NCBI GenBank assembly: GCA_018221105.1
Contig: JAAOYA010000001.1
Location: forward strand, 1 to 50,811
Direction of reading: 5' to 3'
Length of the DNA stretch: 50,811 nucleotides
Source: Candidatus Woesearchaeota archaeon
GTDB taxonomy: Archaea > Nanobdellota > Nanobdellia > Woesearchaeales > JAAOYA01
The position numbers and the translations under genes were made by a program. The notes under the pieces are model-generated. The model did not search any database, was not told where the DNA came from, and was given only the letters and a program-made list of their open reading frames with translations. Numbering within the stretch: position 1 is the first letter of the stretch; every line of letters begins with the position of its first letter. Positions 47,191 to 50,811 of the stretch are shown here, one piece after another.

Positions 47191-48750
47191 TTATCTGAGT
47201 ACTGCTTTTTTTACTATTAGTTTTGCTGTGTTTTCGTCTTCTTCAATTATTTCGCTTTCTTTGATGCTTAATTCTTTTTTAAAATTTGGACCGTTCAATA
47301 CCAGGCTTTCGAATTCTCCGCCTTCTCCTGCGATGTTGATGCCGATTTTCTTGTTGAGTTCTTCAAGTTTTGTAACGTCTTCGAGTGTTATGACTCGCCC
47401 AAGCCATGATTTGTCAAGACCATATGCTGCAATTGAGGAGAAAATGATTTTAAAGCCTGTGTTGATGACTTCTCGCATTTCTGTTGCTTGGTCTTTATGC
47501 CAAAGTGGAGAATACACTTTTAGGTTTAGTTCGCTAGCAATTTTTTCAATGCGCTCACGCTGATAATTACTAAATAATGCTCCTGTGATAATGCCTTCAA
47601 GTTGGTATTCTTTTTTTGCTCTTTGCAAAACTGTTTTTAAGTCTTTTAGCTCGCTTTCTTTTTTGCCGCTGGTTTTTTGTTCTATTAGTGGAATGCCTAA
47701 AGCTTTTGCTTGTAAGCTAGTAAGGTTTATGTTTGGCGTGTGAAACATGTAACTGTCAGGATTACTGCTTTTTATTGTTATTAGACAATTAACATCATAT
47801 TTTTGTTGTGCTAAGTATAGCGCGTAGGTGCTGTCTTTTCCACTGCTAAAAAGCGCTCCATATTTTTGTTTTGGCAAAAAACTATTTAAGTAATCTGCTT
47901 TGTACTTGAAACCATTCTTTTTTGCAAGTTTTGTTATTGCTTTGTCAAAACCACTGCCATATTGTGCTGCTCTTTTAGGACGCCACGCCAAAGCTTTTGG
48001 AATTTGAAAAGTTTCTTGGGCAACTTCACGTAAAATGACTTTTTTGTGTTCTCTCACTATTTTATATTTTGAGGGAATCTTCAAAGCATAATCTATTAGT
48101 TCTTCATCGAGTAGTGGAGCGCTTACACATTGATTGTGTGCTTTTGTTATTGCAAAGTCGCGTTTTAGGTCTCGCTCGTCCATTGTTTTTAATCCTGTAA
48201 GGCATTCTTTGTTGATATTCTTGCTTTTATCGTGGCGCTCGTATCCTGCGAAGATTTCTTCACTTCCAAGACCACTAAAAACTGTTTTCACACCATCTTT
48301 TTTTGCAGTCTCACAAGCCAGGTATAATGGTAGCGCCACTCCGACTTTTACAACGCTCGCATCATCGATTGTTTGAATGATTTTTTTGATGTGTTTTGGT
48401 ACGTCTTTTAGTGTTATAGTATTGATTTTTAGTTTGAAGCCTAATTGGTTTGCTGCTTTTTTTGCCCAGATTAAATCTTCGCTAACTTTCAGATTTGGCT
48501 CTGTTAGTGCTGCAGTATAGCACGTGAAGTCTACTCTTAAATCTTGCAATATTTTTGCAATCAAAACAGAGTCTATTCCCCCAGAAAATAATACTCCTAT
48601 TTTCGTGTTAGGCACTCTTTTTGCTACAGCATTAGCTATTAATCCCGCAAGCTCTTTTTTAATTAATTCTTTGCTTTTTTTGTTTTCTGGCAGTATTTTG
48701 TGTTTGCTCATAAGTTTTTGCCAGTCATCAATAGTTTGTTGTGTTAACAT
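47191..48750 (-). CDS. Fusion of an asparagine-synthase C-terminal domain and diphthine-ammonia ligase (Dph6-like)
   Basis: N-half LFSGGIDS, SGLGSEEIFAGY, RPKRAAQYGSG; C-half FSSGKDS, SYMFH, S.YQ..R, PLWH, GEGGEFES. Confidence 0.9.
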   Translation of the reverse strand: MLTQQTIDDWQKLMSKHKILPENKKSKELIKKELAGLIANAVAKRVPNTKIGVLFSGGIDSVLIAKILQDLRVDFTCYTAALTEPNLKVSEDLIWAKKAANQLGFKLKINTITLKDVPKHIKKIIQTIDDASVVKVGVALPLYLACETAKKDGVKTVFSGLGSEEIFAGYERHDKSKNINKECLTGLKTMDERDLKRDFAITKAHNQCVSAPLLDEELIDYALKIPSKYKIVREHKKVILREVAQETFQIPKALAWRPKRAAQYGSGFDKAITKLAKKNGFKYKADYLNSFLPKQKYGALFSSGKDSTYALYLAQQKYDVNCLITIKSSNPDSYMFHTPNINLTSLQAKALGIPLIEQKTSGKKESELKDLKTVLQRAKKEYQLEGIITGALFSNYQRERIEKIASELNLKVYSPLWHKDQATEMREVINTGFKIIFSSIAAYGLDKSWLGRVITLEDVTKLEELNKKIGINIAGEGGEFESLVLNGPNFKKELSIKESEIIEEDENTAKLIVKKAVLR

Positions 48751-48782
48751 ACACTGCGAGAATACTGTGTATTATTTAAGAA

Positions 48783-48983
48783 TTATTTTTTTAGTGGCCT
48801 GCCAGCTTTGTATTTGTTATAACGTCCTTTCTCGCGTTGGCTTGAGCGGTACTCTGGAGCTTCTTCTAAGTCATCACGCTCGTCATAACCGCAATCAGTA
48901 CAAACCACTACCTCAATGCCTTGATACAGGACAGTTTTGACTTTATCAGAATTGCATTTTGGACAAACTTGATTCATAAACAT
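48783..48983 (-). CDS. Small zinc-ribbon protein
   Basis: CPKC...CTDCGYD. Confidence 0.8.
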   Translation of the reverse strand: MFMNQVCPKCNSDKVKTVLYQGIEVVVCTDCGYDERDDLEEAPEYRSSQREKGRYNKYKAGRPLKK

Positions 48984-49048
48984 AGTATGTTTTAAGCATT
49001 TATATTCTTTTTCGAAAACTTTAAAATTGATAACAGCACATTATTATA

Positions 49049-49477
49049 ATGAGAAAAAGATTGTGCGCTCTTGTTGCTGGCCTGTTGTTTCTTTCACAAG
49101 TTGCAAGAGCTGAAGAATTTCCTTTGACTAAAGATTATACTACTAAAAAATCATTTGAAGTTATTCAATACTTTGGAGAACAACTCTTTCACAATACTTT
49201 ATATGATGTAAACGATGATGGATCTTTTAATGTTAGTGAATTGAGAGTTGTAGTAGGAAAAATTAGTGTAAATGGTCTTGTAAATTATTTTGTGTGGAAT
49301 GGCAAGCCATTATTTTATTCTTTTGACATTAATAATAATGGAAATTTGAACAATATAGGCGTGTATAATAATGATATGGATTTAAGTGAAACACTTGTTG
49401 ATTTTAAAGAAGACGGTTTTAACGGTAATGAAACTAGAGCTTCAGATCTGGTAACAGGTGTTAAAAGATTATTATAA
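49049..49477 (+). CDS. Secreted hypothetical protein
   Basis: Signal peptide ending ARA; DxNxDG-like motifs. Confidence 0.7.
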   Translation: MRKRLCALVAGLLFLSQVARAEEFPLTKDYTTKKSFEVIQYFGEQLFHNTLYDVNDDGSFNVSELRVVVGKISVNGLVNYFVWNGKPLFYSFDINNNGNLNNIGVYNNDMDLSETLVDFKEDGFNGNETRASDLVTGVKRLL

Positions 49478-49484
49478 AAAAGTT

Positions 49485-49877
49485 TTATGCTGTAGCGCTT
49501 AGTGTTGCCCTGACACGTTTTGTTAGGTCACGAGCAAGTTTTTTGTCTACTTGAAATTTTAAGTCTTCTAGCACCCTGTGAACTGTTAGTACTGCTCCCC
49601 AATCGTGCTCTATAGCACTGTAGCGACCATTGCTTGTTGTTAGGCTTGCACTGCAGGTCATCATTTCAACATTTCGAAATTTTTGCTTTGCTTTTTTGAG
49701 TCGTATGTTCAAATACATTTCTCCAAGTCTTTGCGAGTAATCCAGCAAAAAATCATTGATTAACCTGTTGATTAATCTTTTCTGATAAACTCCTAGTTTG
49801 TGCACTAGGCCGTTGGCTTTTATATGATAATCTACTTCTTTTAAGAATTCGGGATTTTCAACCATTAATTCGGTCAT
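49485..49877 (-). CDS. Possible HPF/RaiA-like (ribosome hibernation) domain protein
   Basis: L.T..G.Y.A....W.......VL..L..QV.K pattern; GGAGGTG SD before ATG at 49877. Confidence 0.5.
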   Translation of the reverse strand: MTELMVENPEFLKEVDYHIKANGLVHKLGVYQKRLINRLINDFLLDYSQRLGEMYLNIRLKKAKQKFRNVEMMTCSASLTTSNGRYSAIEHDWGAVLTVHRVLEDLKFQVDKKLARDLTKRVRATLSATA

Positions 49878-49985
49878 ATTACCACCTCCCATATTATACG
49901 CTTTTGAAACTTATAAATTTTAGTATATGCTTATTATACCATTAGAGAGAGGGACTTGTAATTATTAAGAAATCTTTTTAGTGCT

Positions 49986-50138
49986 TTAATCTTTTAATTC
50001 TATGAATTCTTCACTGCCAGCACCGCATCGAGGGCACATGTCAGGTTCGTCTTCACTTTCTAGCACGTTGCCACACTTTTCGCACTTGTAACGTTTCAAT
50101 TCAACGTCTTCTTCTGGTGTTTTCTCTTCTTCTTCCAT
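49986..50138 (-). CDS. Rubredoxin-like metal-binding protein (50 aa; not in the ORF track)
   Basis: Hand translation ...YKCEKCGNV......PDMCPRCGAGSEEF. Confidence 0.85.
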   Translation of the reverse strand: MEEEEKTPEEDVELKRYKCEKCGNVLESEDEPDMCPRCGAGSEEFIELKD

Positions 50139-50189
50139 TTTTTTAACCTAATAAAAAAGTTGTTTTGAATGTTTATAAAGATTATGCTA

Positions 50190-50567
50190 TTAAGAACGCT
50201 GTTTTTGAACTACCATATCCCACTGTTCGTCTAACAACGCAGCAGTAACTTCATCGTCCTCAACAAAAACTTTGGCGTTGTGCTCTGTTATGACTTGCGC
50301 TAGTATTTGACCACTGCGATCACCATAACCCGCTGCGCGACTGTCAAAACGTATTTCAAACAACCAACAATTTTTGCACTTGCTAAGACTAACTACTGGT
50401 CCAACAGTTAGGGTTTCTTCTATTCCATCAAATACAAAAGTTGGACTGTTCTTTACAAACTCCAAAGCAGTAGTTTGACTGCTCTCAAAAAGCTCTTCTT
50501 GTGAAGGAGTAGAACAAGCTGTAAAAACTAATAAAATCGTAATGCTAAAAAAAATTATTTTTTTCAT
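50190..50567 (-). CDS. Lipoprotein of unknown function
   Basis: VFTAC lipobox; SPTF.FDG and GYGDR.GQ.LAQVIT.H motifs. Confidence 0.8.
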   Translation of the reverse strand: MKKIIFFSITILLVFTACSTPSQEELFESSQTTALEFVKNSPTFVFDGIEETLTVGPVVSLSKCKNCWLFEIRFDSRAAGYGDRSGQILAQVITEHNAKVFVEDDEVTAALLDEQWDMVVQKQRS

Positions 50568-50811
50568 TAATTTTTGTTATTATTATAACAATATTTAAAA
50601 CTATTTTTTTAACAACACTCAAAAGTTACTACCAACTTGTGTCTACTCTTTCGTAATTAAAAACAGTACTTTTAAATATAACAAAACCATAAAAAAGAGC
50701 TTCAGAAGATTAAACAAGCGTTTAACGAAAACGCTTGTAATAGACTTAGATTCCTCTGTGGGGTGGTATTGATGAAACCTAGCAATAGCTATAAAAAATT
50801 AAATACTTTAC

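Noticed and set aside
47177..48940. Plus-strand ORFs 47177, 48134 and 48524, and similar short antisense ORFs elsewhere in the track
   Set aside because: They overlap well-supported genes on the opposite strand and show no motifs.
50772..50811. Possible gene start at the window end
   Set aside because: Only 13 codons visible; cannot be supported.

Overview
AT-rich, gene-dense archaeal chromosome segment, most likely from a DPANN/Woesearchaeota-like organism (inferred from rps19e-rpl39e-rpl31e, archaeal-type TIM, class III pilins, TATA-box promoters and GGAGG/GAGGTGA Shine-Dalgarno motifs). Bases 1-10.9 kb hold a type IV pilus locus: a Cys-repeat giant surface protein, several pilins, a secretion ATPase and two TadC/FlaJ-like proteins. 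Housekeeping and repair genes follow (PolB, Lgt, TpiA, Dus, EndoQ, TrxB, ferredoxin, DapB, UvrC, a Dph6 fusion). The standout feature is 34.66-39.19 kb, where a Xer/IntI-like tyrosine recombinase lacking the integron-specific I2 insertion sits beside four gene cassettes. The cassettes are separated by GC-rich branched attC-like hairpins, each cassette is bracketed by its own 11-12 bp inverted repeat, and the array ends at a dif/attI-like simple site next to the integrase. This looks like a non-canonical archaeal integron-like (or Xer-exploiting) cassette-capture system whose cargo is mostly surface lipoproteins. No rRNA, tRNA or CRISPR array was recognised. All family calls come from motif recognition by eye, not from database searches.
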